NCBI GenBank assembly: GCA_965248675.1
Contig: CBDFJZ010000005.1
Location: 349,855-413,854 of the forward strand
DNA length: 64,000 nt
Reading direction: 5' to 3'
Origin: Dehalococcoidia bacterium
Lineage (GTDB): Bacteria; Chloroflexota; Dehalococcoidia; UBA2979
A model generated the notes under the pieces. The model made no database searches. It worked only from the letters and a program-made list of their open reading frames with translations, and was not told the DNA's origin. The translations under genes and the position numbers were made by a program. Every line of letters starts with the position of its first letter. The stretch's first letter is position 1. Positions 20,044-32,786 of the stretch are shown here, in pieces.

Positions 20044-21209
20044 CGATCTCGACGATCTGGGAACCCGTGCTCGACGCTGCGAGTGACAGCGGCGGCAACG
20101 CAGGTTCGCGTGGCCGCGGCGGACGGCGCTCCTCCTCGATCATCGCGGGCCGGCGGCCGGCTCGCCGCTCAGGCGCCAGCTCCGAACCCGAGGAAGCCGC
20201 CGACACGGCGGAGTCGTCGGAGGAGAAGCGCCCTCGAACCCCGCGCCGCCGCCGCGGCACCACCGCGACGACATCGACCGAGGCACCGAGCGAGGGCACA
20301 GAGGAAAAAGAGAAGCCCGCGCCGCGACGCCGGCGAAGCCCGCGCGCCAGCAAAGCGACGGACGACGAGGCAGCCGAAGCCGCGGACGCCTCGAGCGACG
20401 ACGAGGAGGAAGCGGCCGCCGCAACGCCTCGCCGCCGGCGGCGGACGCGCGCCAGCGCGGACGTGGCCGAGCAGCCGGTGGAGCTGGTCGCCGAGGCGGC
20501 CGAGGAGCCGGAAGCCGAGGCAGCAGCGGAGCCCGAGGCAATCGTCGAGACTGCCGCCCCGGCACGCCGGCGCACGAGCCGCCGCACGGCGGAGACGAAC
20601 GGAACGGCTACCGACGGCGACGTGAATGCTCTGCGCGCCCTCGTCGAGGAGCAGAGCGCCGTGCTGAACGAGGTGAGGGCAGGGTTGTTGACCCTCGGCG
20701 AGCAGCTCGACCGCTCGGCGCAGAAGCTGCGCCTCGGGGTGTTCGTGGACGTCCCGAACCTGATGTACGGCCAGGAGCCGGACGAGAAGCCCGTCAACAT
20801 GGGCAAGCTCCTCGAGCTGCTGCGCCAGGGCCGTGACATCGTGCGCGCGACGGCGTACTCGCCGGTCTCCGACAACCCCGCCGAGCCGCTCGAGCAACAG
20901 AAGTTCGTCGCGCCGTTCGTGCCATACGAGTACCGGATCGTCACGAAGCCGCTGAAGCGGTTCGCCGACGGTTCGATCAAGGGCAACTTCGACGTCGAGA
21001 TGGCGATCGACATGCTGACCATGGCCGACCGCCTGGATGTGATCGCGATCGTCTCTGGCGACGCGGACTTCGCTCGTGCGGTCGAGGTCGTCCAGACGCG
21101 CGGCGTCAGGGTCGAGGTCGTCGCGTTCGCGCGGAGCTCATCGCTCGAGATGCGTTCGCTCGCCGACCGTTACATCGAGCTGGGCGCCGTGATCGGCCAG
21201 GTCGTCTAG
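20040..21209 (+). CDS. NYN (LabA/DUF88) domain protein with long low-complexity N-terminus
   Basis: VFVDVPN, KGNFDVEMAID, VSGDADF, GVRVEV, LADRYI; GTGA overlap with mrp. Confidence 0.88.
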   Translation: MTISTIWEPVLDAASDSGGNAGSRGRGGRRSSSIIAGRRPARRSGASSEPEEAADTAESSEEKRPRTPRRRRGTTATTSTEAPSEGTEEKEKPAPRRRRSPRASKATDDEAAEAADASSDDEEEAAAATPRRRRRTRASADVAEQPVELVAEAAEEPEAEAAAEPEAIVETAAPARRRTSRRTAETNGTATDGDVNALRALVEEQSAVLNEVRAGLLTLGEQLDRSAQKLRLGVFVDVPNLMYGQEPDEKPVNMGKLLELLRQGRDIVRATAYSPVSDNPAEPLEQQKFVAPFVPYEYRIVTKPLKRFADGSIKGNFDVEMAIDMLTMADRLDVIAIVSGDADFARAVEVVQTRGVRVEVVAFARSSSLEMRSLADRYIELGAVIGQVV

Positions 21210-21248
21210 CGCGCCGCGGCATCGGCCGCGGCTGGACGCGGGCCCCCG

Positions 21249-21536
21249 TCAGCTCCCGTTACGCGGTCCCGGTTTCGCGCGTTCTTGCTCCTCGCCGTAG
21301 AGATCCTCGATCGACCAGTCCGACTGACTCCGGCCGCTGCCGCCGACCAGCGGCTCGCCCGAGGTGACCGCGGCGACGTAGGCGCCGCCGCTAAGTCCTA
21401 GGCCGCCACCGACGATCCATCCGATGATCGCGGGCTGAATGTCGATCAGGAAGATCCCGATCGCAAGACCGATCGCGGTTCCGCCGATGACGAGCAAGTA
21501 ATGGGGGCGAAGGTAGCGCCGCACCGGATCACCCAT
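21249..21536 (-). CDS. Small two-TM hypothetical protein
   Basis: Gly-rich TM pair; ATG overlaps the pyrK stop. Confidence 0.65.
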   Translation of the reverse strand: MGDPVRRYLRPHYLLVIGGTAIGLAIGIFLIDIQPAIIGWIVGGGLGLSGGAYVAAVTSGEPLVGGSGRSQSDWSIEDLYGEEQERAKPGPRNGS

Positions 21537-22312
21537 CAGGAGTAGAGGTCGCGGAGTTCGAATCGCGGCCCATCGGTACAGACTAAGCGTACGCCGCCGC
21601 GTTTCGGGAACACGGCGCATGAGTAGCACACGCCGAATCCGCAGGCCATCCGGCCCTCGAGCAAACCCTGGACGGGCTTCGCCGATCCGCTGCGCCGCGT
21701 CACGTCGTGGAGCGCCTCGAACATCGGGTCAGGGCCACAGGCGAACGCCTGATCGCACCAGGGCAGCAGTCGCTCGAACGGGGCCGTGACGCGCACGCGC
21801 TCGCCGAGCGAGCCGTCCTCGGTGGTCACGATCACCTCGACGGCGGGCGGGAGCAGCTCGGGCGGGAAGATCTGCGCGGCGGTGCGGCCGCCGAGCAGCA
21901 GCGTCACCTCGCGACCCTCGGCGACCAGCTCGTCGGCGAGCCAGATCAGCGGCGCGCAGCCGATCCCGCCACCAACGAGGAGCATCTGCTGGACCCGTGG
22001 GCGCACCTCGAAACCGTGGCCGAGCGGGCCGACGAAGCTGACCTCGTCAGCCGCGTTCCGCCTGGCGAGCCAGTCGGTGCCGCGGCCGACCACGTCGAAG
22101 AGCAGCGCGAACTCGCGGCCGTCCCGGCCGTCGCGGACACGATGGACAGACATCGGGCGGCCGAGCAGCGGATCGAGGCCCTCGCCGATGTAGGTCATCA
22201 CGAACTCACCGGGCCGGCAGGTGGCCAGCGCTTCGTGATGCTCCAGCCAGAGGATGTGCGTATCGCCATAGAGACGCGCGCTCTCCGTGACGATCGCGGT
22301 GAAGCGCTCCAC
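21536..22312 (-). CDS. pyrK: Dihydroorotate dehydrogenase electron-transfer subunit
   Basis: RPMS, GPLGHGF, GGGIG.APL, CGP..M, MACGFGVCYSC...VC.DGP. Confidence 0.93.
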   Translation of the reverse strand: MERFTAIVTESARLYGDTHILWLEHHEALATCRPGEFVMTYIGEGLDPLLGRPMSVHRVRDGRDGREFALLFDVVGRGTDWLARRNAADEVSFVGPLGHGFEVRPRVQQMLLVGGGIGCAPLIWLADELVAEGREVTLLLGGRTAAQIFPPELLPPAVEVIVTTEDGSLGERVRVTAPFERLLPWCDQAFACGPDPMFEALHDVTRRSGSAKPVQGLLEGRMACGFGVCYSCAVFPKRGGVRLVCTDGPRFELRDLYS

Positions 22313-22319
22313 GGGCCGG

Positions 22320-23005
22320 CTACTCCGTGGCGGCCGGCGCCGGCGCGGGCACGCCCTCGAGCAGGATGTCCCCGGCCGATTCGAGGTCGCTCACGACGTG
22401 CGTCGCACCCGAGGCGTCCAGCTCGTCGGCGGCCCGCGCGCCGAGGATGCCCACCCGGTAGCGCAGGCCCCCGTCGCGCCCGGCCTGCATGTCGAAGTCC
22501 GTATCGCCGACGATCGCCGCGCGCTCCGGCGGCACCCCGAGCCGTTCGAGGGCGTGCAACGATCCGTCGGGCCACGGCTTCGGTCGCGCGGTGGTGTCGC
22601 GGCCGACGACGACCTCGAAGTAGCGTTCCCAGCCCTGGATCTCGACCATCAGCTTGCCGCCGTGCTCGTTCTTGTTCGTGACGATCGCTAATGGGATGCC
22701 GGCCGCCGTCAGACGGTCGAGCAGCGACTGAGCGCCGTCGAACGGACGGGTCGTCTCCATCATCTCGTCGTAGTAGAGCGCCAGGTAGCGCCGGTAGATC
22801 TCCCCGGCGACCTTGTCCGTGACGCCGGTGAGCTGTGTCGCGAGCGTCTGCATCGGCGCGCCAATCAGCGGCATGATCGTCTCAGTCGTCACCTCGTGGC
22901 CGAATTCCCCGAGCGTTTGCGCCATCGCGCTCGCGATGCTCGGCATCGAGTCGACGAGCGTGCCATCGAGGTCGAACAGGACTCCGAGGGCGCTCGGTTG
23001 TTCGC

Positions 23006-23009
<4 letters not shown>
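22320..23009 (-). CDS. HAD-superfamily hydrolase (phosphoglycolate phosphatase-like)
   Basis: [24 protein letters not shown]. Confidence 0.9.
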
Positions 23010-26325
<3,316 letters not shown>

Positions 26326-26329
<4 letters not shown>

Positions 26330-27078
26330 TTGTGGTACCCCTTGCGATGGTCGGAGCCGAGCAGGGGGATCTCGGCGACGACGTCGATCGCGCCGTAGTG
26401 GTCGTGCGGCTGAATCGGCAGCCGCGCCAGCTTCATGTGCGGCGGTGAGAACTCACCGAGGTCGAGCTCGCGGTGGGCCTCAAGGAATTCGACCAGCCGC
26501 GCGCGGTCGCCTTTGCCGGTGGTAAACGCGATCGGGAGCTTCGGAACGAACGCGTCGCCGTCGGCGGTGACAAGCGGATCGTCCTTCATCTTCTGCGAGA
26601 CGAACGGCACGCCGAGGCGAATCTGTCGCCGCAGCTCTCGGTAATTCCCTCCGTCGTCCACACCAAGGTAGATCTGGCCGTCGTCCGTGGCCGACAGCCC
26701 GGCGATGCGCAGCGAGAACGGCTCAGCGCGACGGATGCGGGGAGCCGCATTGACATAAAAGGACTCGACCTGTGACCAGAGCACGTCGGTGGGGCGGAGA
26801 AAGCCGACGTCGACATAAGTGATGTGCACCCATTCGACGGGCGGCACGACGACCTCGTCGAGTTCACCGAGCGCCTCGAGCAGCTCGCTCAGCGCGGCCA
26901 GCTCGTCACCGGACTCCTGGCCGATCGGCTGCAGGAACTGGATCGGAACCTTCCAGCTCGCGGAGTGCTCCTCCCACCAGGCCCAGTAGTCGGGAAGCGG
27001 CTCCGACGACGACACAAACGCGGACCAGTCACGCTCACGCTCGTCGAGATAGGTCGTCGTGAGCTCGGTCGTCGTCAT
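26326..27078 (-). CDS. 2H-phosphoesterase (2'-5' RNA ligase-like) fold protein, second motif degenerate
   Basis: WVHITY...GF (first HxT), [18 protein letters not shown] in place of FxPHxTxA; ATGA overlap with GNAT. Confidence 0.65.
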
Positions 27079-27542
27079 GCGTCGCCCTCGTGATAGACGG
27101 GCAGCTCGAAGCGCGTTCCGGGGCTGCGCAGCGGCACCATCGCGCCGATCGACGAGAGGTAGGAGAGTGCAGGTTCGTTGTCCTCGGGCAGGCGGGCGCG
27201 AATCCGCTTGTAGCCCTTGTCGCGAGCGAACGCGAGCGCCTCGTTCGCGAGCTCGGTGCCGTAGCCCTGGCGTCGATTCCGCTCGCGCATCCAGGAGCCG
27301 AAGCTGCACTCCTCGGGCCGCGACGAGTCGAAGTCGATCGCCGCGAAGCCGAGCACGTGCCGGCCGTCGTCGACGACCAGCATCGTGCCCTGATCGCCCT
27401 GTCGCTCCATCCAGGCCGCGACCTCCTCCGAGGACCACTCGCGGTCGAAGCCGACCGGATTGTCTTCGAGGATGATCTCGCTGATGATCTCAGCGATCTG
27501 ATCGGCGTCGTCGGGCGTCGCGCGTCGCACCCTCGCTGTCAC
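27075..27542 (-). CDS. GNAT-family N-acetyltransferase
   Basis: VRRATPDDA, RRQGYGT acetyl-CoA motif, N.PA. Confidence 0.88.
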   Translation of the reverse strand: MTARVRRATPDDADQIAEIISEIILEDNPVGFDREWSSEEVAAWMERQGDQGTMLVVDDGRHVLGFAAIDFDSSRPEECSFGSWMRERNRRQGYGTELANEALAFARDKGYKRIRARLPEDNEPALSYLSSIGAMVPLRSPGTRFELPVYHEGDA

Positions 27543-27569
27543 CGCCGCACCCCCTCGGTCCTCGCGATG

Positions 27570-28694
27570 CTAGTCGTCGCGGCGGACTGCAGCCATGAAC
27601 CGATCGAACTGGAACTCCGTATCGTTCGGTCCCGGCGACGCCTCGGCGTGGTACTGGATCGTGAACACCGGCTCCCTCGTGTGCTCGAGGCCCTCGACGG
27701 TGTCGTCGTTGAGGTGGACCTGGGACACGCGCACGTCACCCTCGAGCTGGTCGTCGATCGCGTAGCCGTGGTTCTGCGAGGTGATGAAGACGCGCCCCGT
27801 CTGCTCGTCGCGAACCGGGTGGTTCGCGCCGCGGTGGCCGAACTTCAGCTTGTGGACGCCGGCGCCGAACGCGCGGCCGACCACCTGGTGTCCGAGGCAG
27901 ATCCCCATTACCGGCGTGCGCCCGATCAGCCCGCGCGAGGTGGTCACGACGTCATCGAGGAGCCTCGGGTCGCCCGGTCCCGGCGACAGCAGCACGCCGG
28001 CCGGGTTGAGCGACAGGATGTCCTCGGCGCTCGAGGTGTGCGGGACGGCGGTAACCTCGCAGCCGCGCGCGCGGAGGATGCGCATGATATTGCGCTTCAC
28101 ACCGAGGTCGAGGACCACGATGTGCGGGCGCTCGCCGTTGCGGCTGGCCGCCTCGCCGTCGAACTCGTAGGCGGACGGCGTGGAGACCTCGCCGACGTAG
28201 TCTTTGCCCTCGTAATCGGGCTCGCTGCGCAGCCGTGTCAGCGCTTGGTCGTTCGTCTCGTCGTGGGTGATCGTGCCCATCACCACGCCGTGCGACCGCA
28301 GGTGGCGCGTCAGCGCACGCGTGTCGATCTCCGCGATCGCCGGAATGTCGTGCTGCTTGAGGTACGCATCGAGGGTCGCGGTGCTCCGCCAGTGCGAAGG
28401 CAGATCGGTCAGCTCGCGGACGACGAAGCCGCGCACCTGGAGCCCGGCACTCTCGTCGGCGCTGACGTTCGTGCCGTAGTTGCCCTGCAGCGGGTACGTC
28501 ATCGTCAGAATCTGCCCGCGGAACGAGGGGTCCGTCAGCGCCTCCTGATAGCCCGTCATCGAGGTGGTGAACACGACCTCGCCGGTCGCGCGCCCAGGCG
28601 CGCCGATCGCGGCGCCCTCGAAGCTGCGCCCGTCCGCCAGCACGAGGCGTGCCGGCGGACGGGCGTCGAGCAGCGAGGGCGTGTCGTCGGTCAC
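27570..28694 (-). CDS. carA: Carbamoyl-phosphate synthase small subunit
   Basis: GEVVFTTSMTGYQE..TDPS, SPGPGDP, GICLGHQ, QYHAEASPGP. Confidence 0.97.
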   Translation of the reverse strand: MTDDTPSLLDARPPARLVLADGRSFEGAAIGAPGRATGEVVFTTSMTGYQEALTDPSFRGQILTMTYPLQGNYGTNVSADESAGLQVRGFVVRELTDLPSHWRSTATLDAYLKQHDIPAIAEIDTRALTRHLRSHGVVMGTITHDETNDQALTRLRSEPDYEGKDYVGEVSTPSAYEFDGEAASRNGERPHIVVLDLGVKRNIMRILRARGCEVTAVPHTSSAEDILSLNPAGVLLSPGPGDPRLLDDVVTTSRGLIGRTPVMGICLGHQVVGRAFGAGVHKLKFGHRGANHPVRDEQTGRVFITSQNHGYAIDDQLEGDVRVSQVHLNDDTVEGLEHTREPVFTIQYHAEASPGPNDTEFQFDRFMAAVRRDD

Positions 28695-28747
28695 TGATCC
28701 TCGCTCACCGCTACTCCTCGACGTTCGCTGTGCTCACGGGGCCTCGG

Positions 28748-30091
28748 TCATAGCGCTGGCACCGCGGCGGTTTCGTGCACCACGCGACCGTCGACGACGG
28801 TCGCGACGACGCGCCCCCGCAGCCGTTCGCCGGCGAGTGGCGTGTTGCGCCCGAGCGAGGCGAAGCGCTCCGGTTCAACCGTCCACTCCGACGCCGGGTC
28901 GAGCACGACGACATCGCCGACCGCGCCCGGCGCGAGCGTTCCGAGGCCCTCGAAGCCGGGCCGGCGATCGAGGTTCCAGGCTCGCACGGGACCAGTCGTC
29001 AGGCGGGCGATCAACGTGCCAAGGTCGAGCTGCTGCTCCTCGACGAGTCGCATCGCCAGCCCGAACGCCGTCTCGAGGCCACTGATTCCAGGAGTCGCGA
29101 GGTCGAACTCGATGTCCTTCTCCATCGCGCTCACCGGGCTGTGATCCGTCGCGATCGCGTCGACGACACCATCGCGCAGCGCGATCGCGAGCGCCTCGAG
29201 GTCGGCTTCCTCGCGCAGTGGCGGGAACACCTTGGCGCTCGAGTCGTACTGGATGCGGTCGTAGGACTCGCGGAAGGCGACGCGCTCATGCGTGAGCGTG
29301 AGGTGGTGCGGGGTGACCGAGGCGGTGATGTGCGCGCCGCGTTCACGCGCCGCACGGATCAGTGCCACCGAGCCCGCGGTCGACACGTCGCAGACGTGGA
29401 GGTGCGCGCCGGTCAGCTCCGCGAGCGCGATGTCGCGCGCGACCATCGTCGCTTCGCCGCTCGCGGGACGCCCTCGAAGCCCGAGCCGGGTGGCGACCCA
29501 GCCCTCGTGCATCTGTCCGCCCGCGACGAGAGCGGGGTCCTCGGGGTGTTGCGCGACGGGGAGGCCGAACCGGGTTGAGTACTGGAGCGCGTGGCGCATC
29601 AAGTTCGGATTGGCCACTGCCTGACCGTCGTCAGTGAGGGCGACGACGCCAGCGCCGGCCAGCTCGCCGGCCGGCGCCAGCAGCTCGCCCGCGCGGTTCG
29701 CGCTGATGCAGCCGAGCGGCAGCACCCGCACCGAGGCCGACGCCTCGGCCTCGCGGAGCACGGATTCGACAGTAGCTCGACTGTCGATCGGCGGCTCGGT
29801 GCCGGGCATCGCGCAGACGGTGGTGAAGCCGCCGCGGGCGGCGGCGGCGGTGCCGCTGGCGATCGTCTCCTGGTGTTCGGCGCCGGGCTCGCGCAGGTGC
29901 GTCTGGAGATCGACGAAGCCGGGCGCGACGACGAGGCCGGAGGCGTCGATCCGATCGGCCTCGATCACCATGTCGCCCTCGTTCGGGCCGACGCGCGCGA
30001 TCCGCCCGTCGACGATCACGACGTCGGCGATACCGTCCTGGCCGAGCGCGGGATCGATGACGCGGCCGTTGTGGATCGCGAGGGTGCTCAC
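28748..30091 (-). CDS. pyrC: Dihydroorotase-family protein, probably catalytically impaired (PyrC'-like)
   Basis: Type I DHOase fold (PGFVDL.THLREPG, AAARGGFTTV, ATDH, GISGLET) with several ligand substitutions; GTGA overlap with pyrB. Confidence 0.85.
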   Translation of the reverse strand: MSTLAIHNGRVIDPALGQDGIADVVIVDGRIARVGPNEGDMVIEADRIDASGLVVAPGFVDLQTHLREPGAEHQETIASGTAAAARGGFTTVCAMPGTEPPIDSRATVESVLREAEASASVRVLPLGCISANRAGELLAPAGELAGAGVVALTDDGQAVANPNLMRHALQYSTRFGLPVAQHPEDPALVAGGQMHEGWVATRLGLRGRPASGEATMVARDIALAELTGAHLHVCDVSTAGSVALIRAARERGAHITASVTPHHLTLTHERVAFRESYDRIQYDSSAKVFPPLREEADLEALAIALRDGVVDAIATDHSPVSAMEKDIEFDLATPGISGLETAFGLAMRLVEEQQLDLGTLIARLTTGPVRAWNLDRRPGFEGLGTLAPGAVGDVVVLDPASEWTVEPERFASLGRNTPLAGERLRGRVVATVVDGRVVHETAAVPAL

Positions 30092-31158
30092 GATCCCGCG
30101 TCCGCCTCGGTGCCGCCCGCTTCGACGCGACCGGACAGCAGATAGAGCAGCGCCATCCGCACGGCGACGCCGTTGGTCACCTGGTCCTCGATGATCGAGT
30201 GCGATCCGGCGGCGACGTCGCCGGCGATCTCGATCCCCTCGTTCTTCGGGCCGGGGTGCATCAGCAGGTGATCCGGCTTCGCCCGCGCGAGGCGCTCGGC
30301 GGTGACCTGGTAGTGCGCGGCGTACTCGTGCAGCGAGGGCAGCAGCCCGCCCTCCTGGCGTTCGCTCTGGAGGCGGAGCGCCATCACCACGTCCGCGTCC
30401 TCGATCGCGACGTCGATCTCGGTCTCGATGCTGACCGGCGGCAGCGCGGACTCGGCGTGCGCGGGGCGATCGCTGGTTTGGAGCCCGAGCGGCAGCAGCG
30501 TCGGCGGTCCGCAGACGACGACCTTCGCGCCCATCGCAGCCAGGCCCCACAGGTCGGAGCGCGCCACACGGGAGTGCGCGATGTCGCCGACCATCACCAC
30601 CTTCTTGCCGGCCAGATCCCCGACCGCGCGGCGCATCGTGTACAGGTCCAGCAGCGCCTGCGTCGGGTGGGCGTGAGCGCCGTCGCCCGCGTTGATGATC
30701 GAGGCGTCTGTGTGCTGTGCGGCCAGATACGGCGCGCCGGCCATCTCGTGCCGCATCACCACGGCGTCGGCGCGCATCGCCCGCAGCGTCCGCACCGTAT
30801 CGATCAGCGATTCGCCCTTGGCCACCGACGACGTGCTCGAGCTGACGCTGATCACGTCGGCGCCGAGCACCTTGCCGGCCAGTTCGAACGACACACGCGT
30901 CCGAGTCGAGGGCTCGTAGAACAGGTTGACGACGGTGTAGCCGCGCAGCGCCGGCACGCGTGGGATGCGCCGGTCGAGGATCTCCCGCATCCGGTCCGCG
31001 AGCGTGAGCACCGCCTCGATGTCGCCACGCGTGAAGCTGTCGAGGTCGAGCAGGTGGTGGTGCTGCCAGCCGCCCTCGGGAAGCGCTGGCGCCTCGAGCG
31101 TGGCATCCGCTTGCTCGGCACTCGCCGCTTCGACCTCGGGCGTGGTTTCGGTGGTCAT
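30088..31158 (-). CDS. pyrB: Aspartate carbamoyltransferase catalytic subunit
   Basis: [40 protein letters not shown]. Confidence 0.97.
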   Translation of the reverse strand: MTTETTPEVEAASAEQADATLEAPALPEGGWQHHHLLDLDSFTRGDIEAVLTLADRMREILDRRIPRVPALRGYTVVNLFYEPSTRTRVSFELAGKVLGADVISVSSSTSSVAKGESLIDTVRTLRAMRADAVVMRHEMAGAPYLAAQHTDASIINAGDGAHAHPTQALLDLYTMRRAVGDLAGKKVVMVGDIAHSRVARSDLWGLAAMGAKVVVCGPPTLLPLGLQTSDRPAHAESALPPVSIETEIDVAIEDADVVMALRLQSERQEGGLLPSLHEYAAHYQVTAERLARAKPDHLLMHPGPKNEGIEIAGDVAAGSHSIIEDQVTNGVAVRMALLYLLSGRVEAGGTEADAGS

Positions 31159-31730
31159 GGGTGGTTCCCTCCCGGCACGACGATCACGGCGTCGCGGCCG
31201 TCGTCCTCCGCCAGCAGCACGCGGACGTCGTCCTCGCGTGCCGTGGGGATGTTCTTGCCGACGACGTCGGCCCGGATGGGGAGTTCGCGGTGCCCGCGGT
31301 CGATCAGCACCGCGAGCCGGATATTGCGCGGCCGGCCGTAGTCGTTGAGGGCGTCCAGCGCCGCCCGCACCGTTCGCCCGGTGTACAGCACGTCGTCGAC
31401 CAGGACGACCGTCTGACCCTCGATCTCGGGCAGCTCGGTCGGCTCCGGCGTGCCCCGCAGGCCCTGTCGCTCGAAGTCATCGCGGTGCATCGTCACGTCG
31501 AGCGAGCCGGTCGGTGGCGGCGCCTCGAAATTCTCGATCGCCGCGGCGATGCGTCGGGCCAGCGTGACGCCTCGGCGCTGGATGCCGACGAGCACCAGCC
31601 GCTCGACGCCCGCGTTCGCCTCGACGATCTCGTGCGCGAGGCGGGTCAGGGTGCGGCGGATGCCGGCCTCGTCGAGCAGCGGGCCGGGGCCGGGCGCGGT
31701 CGTTGTGCCGGCCGATTCGGGGTTAGACAT
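31155..31730 (-). CDS. pyrR: Bifunctional pyr attenuation regulator / uracil PRTase
   Basis: [43 protein letters not shown]. Confidence 0.96.
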   Translation of the reverse strand: MSNPESAGTTTAPGPGPLLDEAGIRRTLTRLAHEIVEANAGVERLVLVGIQRRGVTLARRIAAAIENFEAPPPTGSLDVTMHRDDFERQGLRGTPEPTELPEIEGQTVVLVDDVLYTGRTVRAALDALNDYGRPRNIRLAVLIDRGHRELPIRADVVGKNIPTAREDDVRVLLAEDDGRDAVIVVPGGNHP

Positions 31731-31758
31731 AGAAAACCCTCCGCCGGAATGGGGAGGG
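31731..31758 (-). terminator. pyr attenuator hairpin overlapping the pyrR RBS
   Basis: Minus strand CCCTCC-CCATTCCGGC-GGAGGG-TTTTCT-ATG. Confidence 0.6.
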
Positions 31759-31819
31759 ATCAACGATCTGACGCCTGACGCGCACAGCCGAATGGTGTCT
31801 GTTCGGGCTCATCTCGCGT

Positions 31820-31850
31820 CCTTTCCGGCCTCTCGGGACCGGGTTAAAGG
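31820..31850 (-). promoter_or_regulatory. PyrR-binding RNA loop
   Basis: Minus strand CCTTTAA-CCCGG-TCCCGAGAGG-CCGG-AAAGG matches the PyrR binding-site pattern. Confidence 0.85.
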
Positions 31851-31967
31851 CGCTCGGTTCTCAACCGTATGGGAGGGTACCAGCGCGCGTCACTCTGAGG
31901 CAAAGAGCGATCACCCTGTTGAGCCGGTCGTGTCGAAACAGCGGTTGCTCCGAGCCTCGCTCGACCG

Positions 31968-32786
31968 CTAGCCGGCTCGCCGGGCCTGCTCCGCGCTCAG
32001 CCACTCGACGATCCGGCCTGCCGCACCCTCGCGTGCTTCGCTGCGGTGTACCGGCGCCAGGTCGTCCGCGAGGTCGGTCGCGGTGCCCGCTTCGAACGGG
32101 AATTCACCGAGGCGTTCGAGGCCTGCGAGCGCCCAGTCGTCGTTCGCTGGCGTCGCGAGCTTGATGCGTTCGCCGCAGTGCGGGCATTCGAGGTACGCCA
32201 TATTCTCGATCAGCCCGAGGACAGGGACGCTGTGCTCCTTGAACAGGTCGAGCGAGCGGCCGCCGTCGAGCCAGGACAGATCCTGGGGCGTCGTGACGAT
32301 CACGGCGGCGTCGATAAGGCCCGAGGCGATGAGCGTCTGCGGCGGCTCGCCGGTACCCGGCGGGAGGTCGACGAGCAGCAGATCGAGGTCGCCCCAGGCG
32401 ACGTCGACGAAGGTCTGGCGGACGATCTCGCCGGCGACGCGCGGGTCGGGGAGGACCGCATCCGCGTCGCCAACCAGGAAGCCGATCGACATCACGGCCA
32501 GACCGAGGCGTTCGAGCGGTTTGATGTACGGCTCGCGCTCGCGGCGCCCGATCGCGAGCATGCCGCTGACCGTGCTCTTGCGGCGTACGCCGAGCAGGTA
32601 GGGGACGTCCGGTCCGTAGAGATCGCCGTCGAAGACGCCGACGCGATTCCCCAGTGCCGTGAGCCCGAGCGCCAGGTTCAGCGTCACCGTCGTTTTTCCG
32701 ACGCCGCCTTTGCCACTCGCCACGGCGAGGACCGGCGGAAAGACGGCGCCGTGTTCGGCTGACTCAGGCGGGTGAGACGAGGTCAA
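31968..32786 (-). CDS. Mrp/NBP35-family P-loop ATPase (second paralogue, no DUF59)
   Basis: SGKGGVGKTT, DGDLYGP, DLPPGTGE, ENMAYLECPHC; TTGA overlap with PAC2. Confidence 0.88.
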   Translation of the reverse strand: MTSSHPPESAEHGAVFPPVLAVASGKGGVGKTTVTLNLALGLTALGNRVGVFDGDLYGPDVPYLLGVRRKSTVSGMLAIGRREREPYIKPLERLGLAVMSIGFLVGDADAVLPDPRVAGEIVRQTFVDVAWGDLDLLLVDLPPGTGEPPQTLIASGLIDAAVIVTTPQDLSWLDGGRSLDLFKEHSVPVLGLIENMAYLECPHCGERIKLATPANDDWALAGLERLGEFPFEAGTATDLADDLAPVHRSEAREGAAGRIVEWLSAEQARRAG

